In this document: piece by piece, positions 28,567-37,645 of the stretch
How the letters are laid out: every line of letters starts with the position of its first letter
Position numbering within the stretch: the first letter of the stretch is position 1
Origin: Lysobacteraceae bacterium
GTDB lineage: Bacteria; Pseudomonadota; Gammaproteobacteria; Xanthomonadales; Xanthomonadaceae
DNA length: 64,000 nt
Reading direction: 5' to 3'
Assembly (NCBI GenBank): GCA_041395245.1
Contig: JAWLAY010000023.1
Coordinates: forward strand, 7,351-71,350
Notes under the pieces: generated by a model
Databases searched by the model: none
Told to the model about the DNA's origin: nothing
The model's input: only the letters and a program-made list of their open reading frames with translations
Position numbers and translations under genes: made by a program

Positions 28567-30354
28567 CTATTCGAAACCGTCAGCGAACACCCCCGCTGCG
28601 CCGCCCACTATGTACTCGAACGCACCGACATCCGGCAGCACATCGCGGGGGTTGCCCATGACATCCGCGCTGCTGCTCAGCAGTGGATCACCGGCATCGC
28701 GTGCCGCGCTGTTCTCCAACAACCGGAACCCCTCGAGAACACCCGAAGCCGGATCGGCGAATCCCGGATCAACCATTGCCGAGTGCAGATCCCAGGCCGA
28801 CAGGGATTGCCAAGCGGCGAGCGCCCCGGCCCCATCATTCCACTCAGCAAGCGATGCGCGCGTGGTGTCGCACAGATTGTGGTCTATCGCGACATAGCCA
28901 GACCAGGGCACGCCCAAGTCGAAGCAATTGAAGCCACTGTCCCCACCTTCGAACCGAACGGCGTTGGAGACCACCACGGCCCCTTGACCCGAACCGGCAC
29001 GCACATCCACCCCCGAATGGGCCTGGTTCGAGGCGAAATAGAGCGAGTTGTTGCGAACGATGACGTCGACATCCACCAGGTCTTCAGGTGTCGGGGTCAG
29101 CGGTGATACGGCAATACCGCGTGTCGCCATCTGCTGGGTCTGGACCACCAGATTGTCTTCGACGACGCACTGTTGGCAGGCGCCAACACTGATCGCGACA
29201 TTGCCAACATCGAAAATGCGATTTCCGCGAAGGATGAGCCCCTGGAACCCTTCGACACCCCAACTGCCCGTATAACCCGGCACAACCGATATTCCCCAAC
29301 ATCCAGCGTTGGCGAGGCCCGGCAGCTCACGCACCTCGTTGTCCTCGATACGCAGGTCGACGTGATAGCCATGCACGACCAGCGAGGTGGCACTGCACGA
29401 ACCCGCACCATCCAGGGTTGATTGCAGCAAGGAGTTGCCTCGGATGCGCATGCCTTGAGTGTGACCTGAGGCGTAGATGTTGTGGTCGAACGTGGCAACA
29501 GAGCCGTTCCTTGCAAACGAGTTGCGAACGATCTGCGATCCACTGGAGCCGCCGAGCCAGCCATGTTGATGATTGTCATGGATGGCGGAGTCTTGCAGGA
29601 TGATTCGCTCATTGCGCCCATCGCAGAGCGGATCCGCTGCATCACACGCGTTGCTGCCCGCCACGTGCACTGCAATCTGGAAACCAGCGATATCCAGTCG
29701 CAGCAGGCTCACGTCATCGACATCGTTATACGCAAAAACGCCGAAGCCACCGACTCCCTGCAGCACCAGGTCTTCGAACTGGTAGCCCTCCTCATGGTTG
29801 GCGGATCCACCGTCCGCCAGATCAAACATGGCATCGGCATTGGTTCTCTGCAGTAACGGTCTACCCTCGTCGCCATCCGACCAGTCCGCCTGGTACATGC
29901 CGACCTTGCACGGCAGTGCCGCCGTGCATTGGGCGTTGGTCCAACGACTGGGCGACTGGGCATCAATCTGCCAATGCCCACCCGCGCAGAAGCGCACGGC
30001 GTCGCCTGCGGCAAGACTGGAGAACGCCAGCCGCGCCTTGTCATAGGTTCGCCAAGGCTGACCCATCTGACCCGTCGCCGCGTCATTGCCGGCGACGCAA
30101 TTGGCATCGGCTGCCGGCCCGCAGTCGCACACATGAAAATCGGTGGCCTGTGCGCCGGTTTGCACAAGTAGCCCGACGAGGCCCGCCAAGGCCACTCGCA
30201 CCCGAATATCGTGATGGACAGAAAAGCCACCACTCGATCGACGCCAGACCAAGACCGCGCTGCCCACGGTACGGATCCCGACCTCGCGATCTTCCTCGAG
30301 AATCCTGTGCATGCGCGCGCCCTCGTGTCGTCTGCAAGCGTCGATGATCGCCAC
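28567..30354 (-). CDS. Exported right-handed beta-helix protein with a choice-of-anchor-Q-like C-terminal domain, ending VFADGFE (true start probably nearer GTG 30201)
   Basis: Repeating I.dN.i.dn beta-helix turns; DPGF.DP....FRL..NSAARDAG...D..GNPR...PDVGAFEY; signal ...GAQA|TDF. Confidence 0.75.
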   Translation of the reverse strand: MAIIDACRRHEGARMHRILEEDREVGIRTVGSAVLVWRRSSGGFSVHHDIRVRVALAGLVGLLVQTGAQATDFHVCDCGPAADANCVAGNDAATGQMGQPWRTYDKARLAFSSLAAGDAVRFCAGGHWQIDAQSPSRWTNAQCTAALPCKVGMYQADWSDGDEGRPLLQRTNADAMFDLADGGSANHEEGYQFEDLVLQGVGGFGVFAYNDVDDVSLLRLDIAGFQIAVHVAGSNACDAADPLCDGRNERIILQDSAIHDNHQHGWLGGSSGSQIVRNSFARNGSVATFDHNIYASGHTQGMRIRGNSLLQSTLDGAGSCSATSLVVHGYHVDLRIEDNEVRELPGLANAGCWGISVVPGYTGSWGVEGFQGLILRGNRIFDVGNVAISVGACQQCVVEDNLVVQTQQMATRGIAVSPLTPTPEDLVDVDVIVRNNSLYFASNQAHSGVDVRAGSGQGAVVVSNAVRFEGGDSGFNCFDLGVPWSGYVAIDHNLCDTTRASLAEWNDGAGALAAWQSLSAWDLHSAMVDPGFADPASGVLEGFRLLENSAARDAGDPLLSSSADVMGNPRDVLPDVGAFEYIVGGAAGVFADGFE

Positions 30355-30628
30355 TGACCGTCCGGCTGTCTCCCCGCACTCAGAGGTTGACCGCGCTCAC
30401 GGCACGCGATAGCGCCCGTAACAGGGTGTTGAAAACCACCCCGTTACGGCGAGTCACGGATCGCTCGCACCAAGATCAAGCGTGTCAATTGCTTGATCTT
30501 CCGTGTCTGTCGCGGGCACGCACCTTGACGAGACCTGTTGAAAACGGGCAGCAGAACCCTCTTCACATCCTGATATGCGGTCACCCTGCGGACAGATCCG
30601 ACTTATCCTCGAGCCACAACATCCGGAT

Positions 30629-31222
30629 CTACAGTCTGCCGGGACTTCGTCGCCGTGCGTGCGCAGGCATACGCGATGCGGGGCGCTGATCCAACCAACG
30701 CCATTGGCCCGGCGCAAGATCGCCGAGTGCATGGTCACCGATCCGTTCGCGAATCAGTCTCAGGGTGGGAAAGCCCACCGCCGCGGTCATGCGCCGCACC
30801 TGCCGATTCCGGCCTTCGCGCAACACCAGTCGCAGCCAGCGAGTCGGTATCGATTGGCGTTGGCGGATCGGCGGCACACGCGGCCAGAGCCAGTCGGGCT
30901 CGGCGTCGAGAAGATCGGCCTCGCAAGGCAAGGTCGGACCATCCTTCAACAAAACGCCCCGGCGCAAGGACTGCAGGGCGGATTCGTTCGGCACGCCCTC
31001 GACCTGAACCAGATAGGTCTTGGGCCATTTGAAGCGCGGACTGCTGATCTGTGCGATCAGCGGGCCGTCATCGCTCAGCAACAACAGCCCTTCCGAATCG
31101 TGATCAAGGCGCCCGGCGGGATACACGCCGGGCACGTCGAGATGATTCGCCAGCGTCGGCCGTCCCTCCGGATCGGTGAACTGGCAGAGCACGCCAAACG
31201 GCTTGTTGAAGGCGATCAACAT
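30629..31222 (-). CDS. rluE: 23S rRNA pseudouridine synthase E
   Basis: [34 protein letters not shown] and [23 protein letters not shown]. Confidence 0.88.
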   Translation of the reverse strand: MLIAFNKPFGVLCQFTDPEGRPTLANHLDVPGVYPAGRLDHDSEGLLLLSDDGPLIAQISSPRFKWPKTYLVQVEGVPNESALQSLRRGVLLKDGPTLPCEADLLDAEPDWLWPRVPPIRQRQSIPTRWLRLVLREGRNRQVRRMTAAVGFPTLRLIRERIGDHALGDLAPGQWRWLDQRPASRMPAHARRRSPGRL

Positions 31223-31263
31223 GCGCTTCGTGGCAGCGGACCGAAGCGGTCCACACCGCTGCC

Positions 31264-32187
31264 TTACTGCTGTGCCGGTGCCGGCTCTGCAGCGGACTCA
31301 CCGGCAGGCGCATCCGTGCTCGCGGCGGGCTTGGTGAAGCGCAGCGTCATGCGATTGGATTCGCCGATGTCGATGAACTTCTGCCGATCCTGATCGCCAC
31401 CACGCAAGGTCGGCGGCAGCGACCAGACGCCGTTGGCGTAATCGGTCGTGTCCTTCGGATTGGCATTGATGTCACTGCGCTCGGCCAGCACGAAACCCGC
31501 GCCGGTTGCCAAATCGATGATCTGCTGCTCGGTCATGTAACCGGAGTCCGCTTTCGGCGTAACACCTGCCGCCGCGCTGTGTTCCACCACACCCAAGGTA
31601 CCGCCCGGCTTCAACGCATCGAAAAAGCCTTTGAAGTACAACGGTGCCTTGTCCTGCCCCAGCCAGTTGTGCACGTTGCGGAAGGTCAGCACGACATCGG
31701 CACTGGCCGGTTCAGCCACCACCGGCGCGGCAGGATCGAACTGCACGATCTGCGCTTCGCCGAACTGGTCCGGCGAGGCCGCGAACTTGTCCTGCAACTC
31801 TTTGAGCGCGCCACCGTAATACTCCGCCGCGCGCGCGTTGGTGGTCTTGGCCGGATCAATTACCGCCGCGATGTAGCGACCCTTGCCCTTCACCAGCGGT
31901 GCCAGAATCTCGCTGTACCAGCCGCCGCCGGGTGTCATTTCAACCACGACCTGTTCGGGTTTGACGCCGAAAAAACTCAGTGTTTCCTTCGGGTGTCGAT
32001 AGACGTCGCGGGCGACGTTTTCCGCAATACGCCATGCACCGGAAGTGGCGGCATCCAGCGGACTGAGGACCGGCTCCGAATCGACCACCGCGTCGGTCTT
32101 GGGTGCCGTCGCCGGTTGCGGGTCCGGGGCCTGTGAGCAAGCTGTCAGTGCCAACAGCGCAGTGATCGCAATCGGTGAGAGACGCAT
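31264..32187 (-). CDS. Lipoprotein class I SAM-dependent methyltransferase-like protein (COG4798 type)
   Basis: Lipobox LTA|C; [42 protein letters not shown]. Confidence 0.8.
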   Translation of the reverse strand: MRLSPIAITALLALTACSQAPDPQPATAPKTDAVVDSEPVLSPLDAATSGAWRIAENVARDVYRHPKETLSFFGVKPEQVVVEMTPGGGWYSEILAPLVKGKGRYIAAVIDPAKTTNARAAEYYGGALKELQDKFAASPDQFGEAQIVQFDPAAPVVAEPASADVVLTFRNVHNWLGQDKAPLYFKGFFDALKPGGTLGVVEHSAAAGVTPKADSGYMTEQQIIDLATGAGFVLAERSDINANPKDTTDYANGVWSLPPTLRGGDQDRQKFIDIGESNRMTLRFTKPAASTDAPAGESAAEPAPAQQ

Positions 32188-32298
32188 TGGGTGAATCTCG
32201 CAAAACTAGAGGGAGTCGGAAAATAGCACAGGGATTGTTCATGACATGTCTGCATTCCGCCCCGGCCGTGCATATCCACACGGCGTTCCTGCCGACGC

Positions 32299-33672
32299 TC
32301 AATCGAGGGAAGATTCGAATCCATCCGAAAACAGCCCAGACGAGGCAAACAGAGCGACAAACCCCACTTCTGAAGCAAGCTCCACATCATCAGTCGGCGC
32401 TGCGACAACCGCCTGCTCTCCCTGCAACGCGACCACTCGGGCATACGAGTACCAAGGCGCTGCCGCCGGACCCTGCTGATGCAACGAGGCCTTGTAATGC
32501 GGATCGCCCAACCCCGCGGCCTCGAACACCAGGGCGCGACTGCCAGGGCTGCCCGGCACTGGCTGACCGATGAGCCAGCGCGGACCGTATACAGCGATGT
32601 CGTAGCCGAACTGGAGTGTTTCCCCACCGGCCGGGGATTGCAGCGGTGGGCGAGAAGTCCAGCCGCTCAAGTCCCGCTGCTCGACCAGCACGCGGCTCGC
32701 ATTCAGCCCACCCACCATCACGTGTCGACCATTCAGTGCTACGGCGTGACCAAAGGCATAGCCAATCTCATTCTCGGATGCAGCGATAAGGCGGCCAAGC
32801 GACCAGACCCCGTGCCCCGTGTCGTACTCGTAGACCCATGCCAGCCCCTTGGGCGGCGCACCAACGCCCGCGCCCGCCTCGCCGATGACCAGGCGATCAG
32901 GCAGCAATGACATGATCGGCTCGACGCGGATGGCGACATCGAACCCAAAGTAGCCACCCGCCGTCGGGTTCGGCGACACCAACGTGTGCTGATTGGTGAA
33001 AGGCACCAACGATGACACACGCGCAAAGGTGACAACTCGACCACTGAATGGCTGGGCGGGATCGATGGTGGCGTTGGGGGCACCCGCCGTCGCGCGATTG
33101 CCATTCAAACTGACTGAATAGCCGAGGGACTCACTGCCAAATGAAGCCAAGTTGCCATCGAACGCACTGCTTCGATCCCACGCGCCGTCGCCGGTCGAAT
33201 AGTTCCAGAACTCCACTCTCCCTGCGCTGTTGCCATGCCCTGGCATGCCAATCATCAGGGTTGACCCGTCGATCGCGAGCGCAAAACCGAAATGGGCGTT
33301 GTTGGCAAGTTGATCTGAACGAATGATCTGGGTCGCGACAGTCGGAATTCGCCCATCTGCATCACGCTGATACAGGTAAACCGCACCGGTGTCCTGCCAG
33401 GTGACAGGGCCGAGTGTCAGATCGGTGTAGGGCACACCAACGGCCAACCACTCTGGAGATAGCGCCAAGGCCGTTCCGAAGTAGGGCGGCAAGCCTTCAG
33501 TCTGCGAGGCCAGCGCTGTCGCCGCCTCGCGAACGCCCTGATACTGCCAGACCTGCGCCAATGCGGGCGTCGCGAAATCCAGTGCAACGACAAGCAACAG
33601 CCCGAAGGGCCCTGACTGGCGCATCACGCCCGCAGCAAGACCACACCTGCGGTTCACCCCAACCCGGTTCAT
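32299..33672 (-). CDS. Exported FG-GAP-repeat beta-propeller protein ending LFSDGFESSLD
   Basis: Repeats FGTALAL, FGFALAI, LGYSVSL, FGFDVAI, FGHAVAL, FGYDIAV; signal ...PALA|Q. Confidence 0.8.
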   Translation of the reverse strand: MNRVGVNRRCGLAAGVMRQSGPFGLLLVVALDFATPALAQVWQYQGVREAATALASQTEGLPPYFGTALALSPEWLAVGVPYTDLTLGPVTWQDTGAVYLYQRDADGRIPTVATQIIRSDQLANNAHFGFALAIDGSTLMIGMPGHGNSAGRVEFWNYSTGDGAWDRSSAFDGNLASFGSESLGYSVSLNGNRATAGAPNATIDPAQPFSGRVVTFARVSSLVPFTNQHTLVSPNPTAGGYFGFDVAIRVEPIMSLLPDRLVIGEAGAGVGAPPKGLAWVYEYDTGHGVWSLGRLIAASENEIGYAFGHAVALNGRHVMVGGLNASRVLVEQRDLSGWTSRPPLQSPAGGETLQFGYDIAVYGPRWLIGQPVPGSPGSRALVFEAAGLGDPHYKASLHQQGPAAAPWYSYARVVALQGEQAVVAAPTDDVELASEVGFVALFASSGLFSDGFESSLD

Positions 33673-34817
33673 AACTCGAACCCACTGCTAAAGATCCACT
33701 GTGGCGGAAACGGCGCAATCTCGACATCCACCAAGGCGCCATTCCCCAAGCCCGGCAGATCCCGCACATTGCCCACGGGCGCGAGGGTCTGACTGTCGAA
33801 CAGTCGAGTGCCACTGCCACCGGTGACAATCAGGCGACTGCCATCATCGCTCGCTACCATTGGCCCCTGTGAATACCCTGCACCGTCACCGACGACCTCG
33901 CTCGCGAGGATGCGCCGATTGCCGGTGGCAGGCGCCTGCTGCAGTTCGCCCCACGACGCCAGACCAAACACCTGGGCGAACCCGAGTGCACCACCCGGGC
34001 CGAACAGAACGATGGGCGCCGGTTCGTTCAACGGATCCGCGGGACGCTGCACCCACAGCAAGCGGCGCGGATAGGACGACATCTGCGGGTAAGGATCACC
34101 CGAGGGCATGGCGTACGCGAAACGCTGATCCTGCCCAGTGGCAATATCCAGCGAGGTCAAGCGCGACTGCGCCGCATTGACCGGTGTGCGCAAATCCGCC
34201 AGGTAAAGTTCGCTGCCATCCGGTGAAAAACCCAACAGCTCGCTACCCCACACATCGCCGGGCACATCTTCCAGCAAGCCGGTGGCGGGATCGAACCACT
34301 TCACCCCGCTGGCGCAACCCAGCAAGAAGACGCGACCGTCGGGATGCACACGCATGTTGTTGTAGAGCGTGTTGCGGCAATCCGGCAATGGCAATGCCGT
34401 GCTGTCGATGACCGTCAGATCTTGTGCATGCAGTCGAACCAGCGCACGTTCGTCCGTGCCGGTCAAGGCCCAGGCGTAGACCACCAAGCCGTCCGGCGAC
34501 ATGGCAATGGCACGCGCCTGGTTCTGGCCAAGCTCACGCTCCGCCACGACTCGGCGACTTCGCGTGTCGATGGCGTAGATCAAGCCGGCATTGCTGCCGC
34601 CCGATTGAAATCGCCAGCTGGACAAATACAGATGGGTACGATCCGGGCTCAGCACCATGTCGGAAGGTTCGTCGGCCAAGCCCGTGATGCTCTGCTCCAG
34701 ACTGAAGTCAGCGAGGTTCACCACATGGACCGCAGAACCCTGCGGCGCACTGATGAAGGCATAGGGTTGAGCACCGGCATTCACCGCCACGACGCCGCCG
34801 AACAGCAGCGCGCTCAT
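33669..34817 (-). CDS. Exported YncE/YVTN-like beta-propeller protein ending IFSSGFEL
   Basis: V.LSPD.THLY, IAMSPDG..VY, FSPDGSELY repeats; translationally coupled to the next gene; start may be TTG 34847. Confidence 0.75.
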   Translation of the reverse strand: MSALLFGGVVAVNAGAQPYAFISAPQGSAVHVVNLADFSLEQSITGLADEPSDMVLSPDRTHLYLSSWRFQSGGSNAGLIYAIDTRSRRVVAERELGQNQARAIAMSPDGLVVYAWALTGTDERALVRLHAQDLTVIDSTALPLPDCRNTLYNNMRVHPDGRVFLLGCASGVKWFDPATGLLEDVPGDVWGSELLGFSPDGSELYLADLRTPVNAAQSRLTSLDIATGQDQRFAYAMPSGDPYPQMSSYPRRLLWVQRPADPLNEPAPIVLFGPGGALGFAQVFGLASWGELQQAPATGNRRILASEVVGDGAGYSQGPMVASDDGSRLIVTGGSGTRLFDSQTLAPVGNVRDLPGLGNGALVDVEIAPFPPQWIFSSGFEL

Positions 34818-35214
34818 CCGAACGAGCCTCCCGAAGCCCGTCTTCAATGTTATGGAGAAAGCACGCAAGCCTAGGAGCCTGCGCGGCAGAAACGATCGAG
34901 GCGAAAAGTCCGCTGCGCGAGGACAGATTTTCGACGATTCGCCGGTCCATAGCACGACTATGGGCCAAGAATCGGCGGAAATAATGGACCTCGCAGACGG
35001 CTTTGCGGACCGGTCGGCTTCTGTCGCGCAGGCTCCTGGCAGCATGGCAAGTCCCCACTCATGGTGCAGCGCGCCGAAATGACGTGCTCAACCAGTTGAA
35101 TGCCAGACGAAGGCGAAACTCCACACTCGGACTTGAGCAACGCGATGCAGCGTGATGGCTGTGGTGTTCGGATGCTGATTGGCATTGATCCGATGACACA
35201 CCGGAGAAACCACC

Positions 35215-37629
35215 ATGCCGCCTGCTCCGTATTTCACGCCGAAGTCTGCATTTGTCCGCCCATGGGTATTGGGCATGTTGTTGCTTGGTTCGTTGGTCAA
35301 TGCGACCCCGCTAGGCTTCCGAGGCGTCATCGAGCCGCCAGACGTCGGTGAAGGTGACGATGGCGACCTGTTTGGAAGTACTGTAGCGATTGGCGGCCCC
35401 ACATTGGCGGTGGTCGCGCCCGGCGACATCGATGGCGCGTTGGGCGAGCGGACGATCTCGCTGTTCCGCCGCGTGGATGGAAGTTACCTGATTGACGGCA
35501 AGATCCAGGGCGGTATCCATTCCTGGGGGTCGGTGGCGGTGTCACCTGACGGTTCTTCTGTCGTGAGCCTGCTGATCGACGCCGACAACCACTGGCGGGT
35601 TCGCCTGTATCGCCGACGCAACGATGGACTTGGCTGGGATCTCGCGCAAACCATCCACTCTCCCGCAGGCTTCAGCACGCCCACGGACGCCTTCGGTCAG
35701 AATCTTGCGTGGGACGGCAACACCCTGGTTGTCAGTGCAGACGAGTACTCGCAGCCGCTGAAAGGCCAAGGTCGGGTCCACGTGTATCCGACGGACGGCG
35801 ATGGCACGCTGCAGTTGCGCGATACCCTGCTGCCCTCCAATCCAGTGACGCTGGGTCGATTCGGCTTTTCGGTCGCCTTACTCGGTGATCGGATTGCCGT
35901 GGGTGCGGTCGGCGAATCGACGCCGAACGGGCCCGGCACGGTCTATGTCTTCACTCGCCATCCTACGCTGCTGGATTGGTCGCAGAGCGCACGAATCACC
36001 GCCCCCCAGAGCAGTTCAAGCCTGAACTTCGGCGAGAAGGTCCAGCTCACCACACTGCCTGCCACGGGCAGTCTTGCTGAAACGCCGACCTTGTATGTCA
36101 GTGCACCGGGCTTCGACAGCAACGCGGGTCGAGTTTTTCGATTTGAACCCGGACAAGGAGGATCGTGGGCGTGGATGGATACGTTCACGGCACCGACATC
36201 GGCGCCACGCAGGCATGGCGCCCTGCTTGCGGCGCATGAAGACACGCTGGCGATCGGATCGTCCCCGTACCTCAGCACACCCAACGAGATCCAAGTGCAT
36301 GAGCGCCAGAGCAATGGTGCGTTCTCGCTGACGCACACCTACAACCAGAGTGCCTTTCCTCAACCTGTCCCGGCCACCTCCCTCGGCCTGAGTCGCGAGC
36401 GCAACGCAACTCGATTGATCGTCGGATTTCCCAATGCCGACATCGGTAGTCGTATCGACCAAGGCAGCGTCGTGGTAGCGACGCGCGGATCGACAGCCTG
36501 GCCGACGCCCCTGAGCGAACAGATCGATACCGGGCCCTCAGCGGCCGACTCGAATTTTGGCAACAGCGTCGCCGTTTCAGGAGACGATGCGGCCATCGGT
36601 GCCGAGTTCCACCATGTAGGGTTCAATGCGCAACAGGGAGCCGTGTACCTGTTCCACAAATCAGCCACTGGCGAATGGAGTGCGGACACACGCATCGTCG
36701 CACCGGATGGTTCCGCCGGTGACTATTTTGGCTCGCGCGTTGCCCTGCAGGGCGACACACTGGCTGTTTCCGCACCCGGCGATGATTTCGGCTCCACCAG
36801 TAACCTCGGCGCGGTCTACGTATTCCAGCGCAAGGGCGCATCGTGGACTCTGCAAGGCAAACTCCAGACCTGCTTTGGTATCGGCAGCGACGCCATGGTG
36901 GGATACATGGGGCTATCGCTCGGCGGTGACCGACTGGTGTTTTCCAGCCCTCCACCCCAGGGTGCCTGCGTCTACCGACGCGAAAATGGCGTGTGGTCAC
37001 TGGAACAATCCTTTGGCGGAAACGACTACAGCGCGTTGGCGCTGCTGTCGGCCGATGGGCAGCGCTTGCTTTTGGGGCAAAGCGCGAGCTACGCACTGCG
37101 GGTGTTCCGCCACGACGGAAATACGTGGACTACCGAGGCGGAAATCCCGATGGATGGCCCAGCCACTATCTGCTGCAACCAGATTGCCTTCGATGGCCAG
37201 CGCATGGCGGTCAATGCGACTCAGACGCAACCCAGCCTCTCGCCATCAGTAAGGACTTTTTACCGCCATGGCGGCCTCTGGCTACCCGAGGCGACGCTGA
37301 CACCTTCGATGCCCGAAAGCAGTTTCGGCGCAGCGGTCGCCATGCACCAGGACACTATCACCGTCTCCGCACCTGGGCTCGCTCCAGCCGGTGGCTTCTA
37401 CCGTTTCCTGCGCGAAGGCAGCCAGTGGGTCGAGGAAGGTCGTTATCTGCTTCCGGAACCCGTTGCCTACAACGGTTTTGGATACGCGCTGGCCTCTGAT
37501 GCGGGCAGCGTGCTGATCGGCGCATATGTTCGCGATGGAAGCAGCTTGTTCAGCAACCCGCGCGAAGGCGGCGTCTACGTGTACGACGTTCCCGGCCCAC
37601 AGATTTTTGCGGATGGATTCGAGGACTGA
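35215..37629 (+). CDS. Exported double FG-GAP-repeat propeller protein (804 aa) ending IFADGFED
   Basis: Many FG.sVAl.Gd.laVgA...G.VYVF repeats; GGAG ribosome-binding site; signal ...LVNA|TP. Confidence 0.85.
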   Translation: MPPAPYFTPKSAFVRPWVLGMLLLGSLVNATPLGFRGVIEPPDVGEGDDGDLFGSTVAIGGPTLAVVAPGDIDGALGERTISLFRRVDGSYLIDGKIQGGIHSWGSVAVSPDGSSVVSLLIDADNHWRVRLYRRRNDGLGWDLAQTIHSPAGFSTPTDAFGQNLAWDGNTLVVSADEYSQPLKGQGRVHVYPTDGDGTLQLRDTLLPSNPVTLGRFGFSVALLGDRIAVGAVGESTPNGPGTVYVFTRHPTLLDWSQSARITAPQSSSSLNFGEKVQLTTLPATGSLAETPTLYVSAPGFDSNAGRVFRFEPGQGGSWAWMDTFTAPTSAPRRHGALLAAHEDTLAIGSSPYLSTPNEIQVHERQSNGAFSLTHTYNQSAFPQPVPATSLGLSRERNATRLIVGFPNADIGSRIDQGSVVVATRGSTAWPTPLSEQIDTGPSAADSNFGNSVAVSGDDAAIGAEFHHVGFNAQQGAVYLFHKSATGEWSADTRIVAPDGSAGDYFGSRVALQGDTLAVSAPGDDFGSTSNLGAVYVFQRKGASWTLQGKLQTCFGIGSDAMVGYMGLSLGGDRLVFSSPPPQGACVYRRENGVWSLEQSFGGNDYSALALLSADGQRLLLGQSASYALRVFRHDGNTWTTEAEIPMDGPATICCNQIAFDGQRMAVNATQTQPSLSPSVRTFYRHGGLWLPEATLTPSMPESSFGAAVAMHQDTITVSAPGLAPAGGFYRFLREGSQWVEEGRYLLPEPVAYNGFGYALASDAGSVLIGAYVRDGSSLFSNPREGGVYVYDVPGPQIFADGFED

Positions 37630-37645
37630 TTCAGCGGCACATCGA

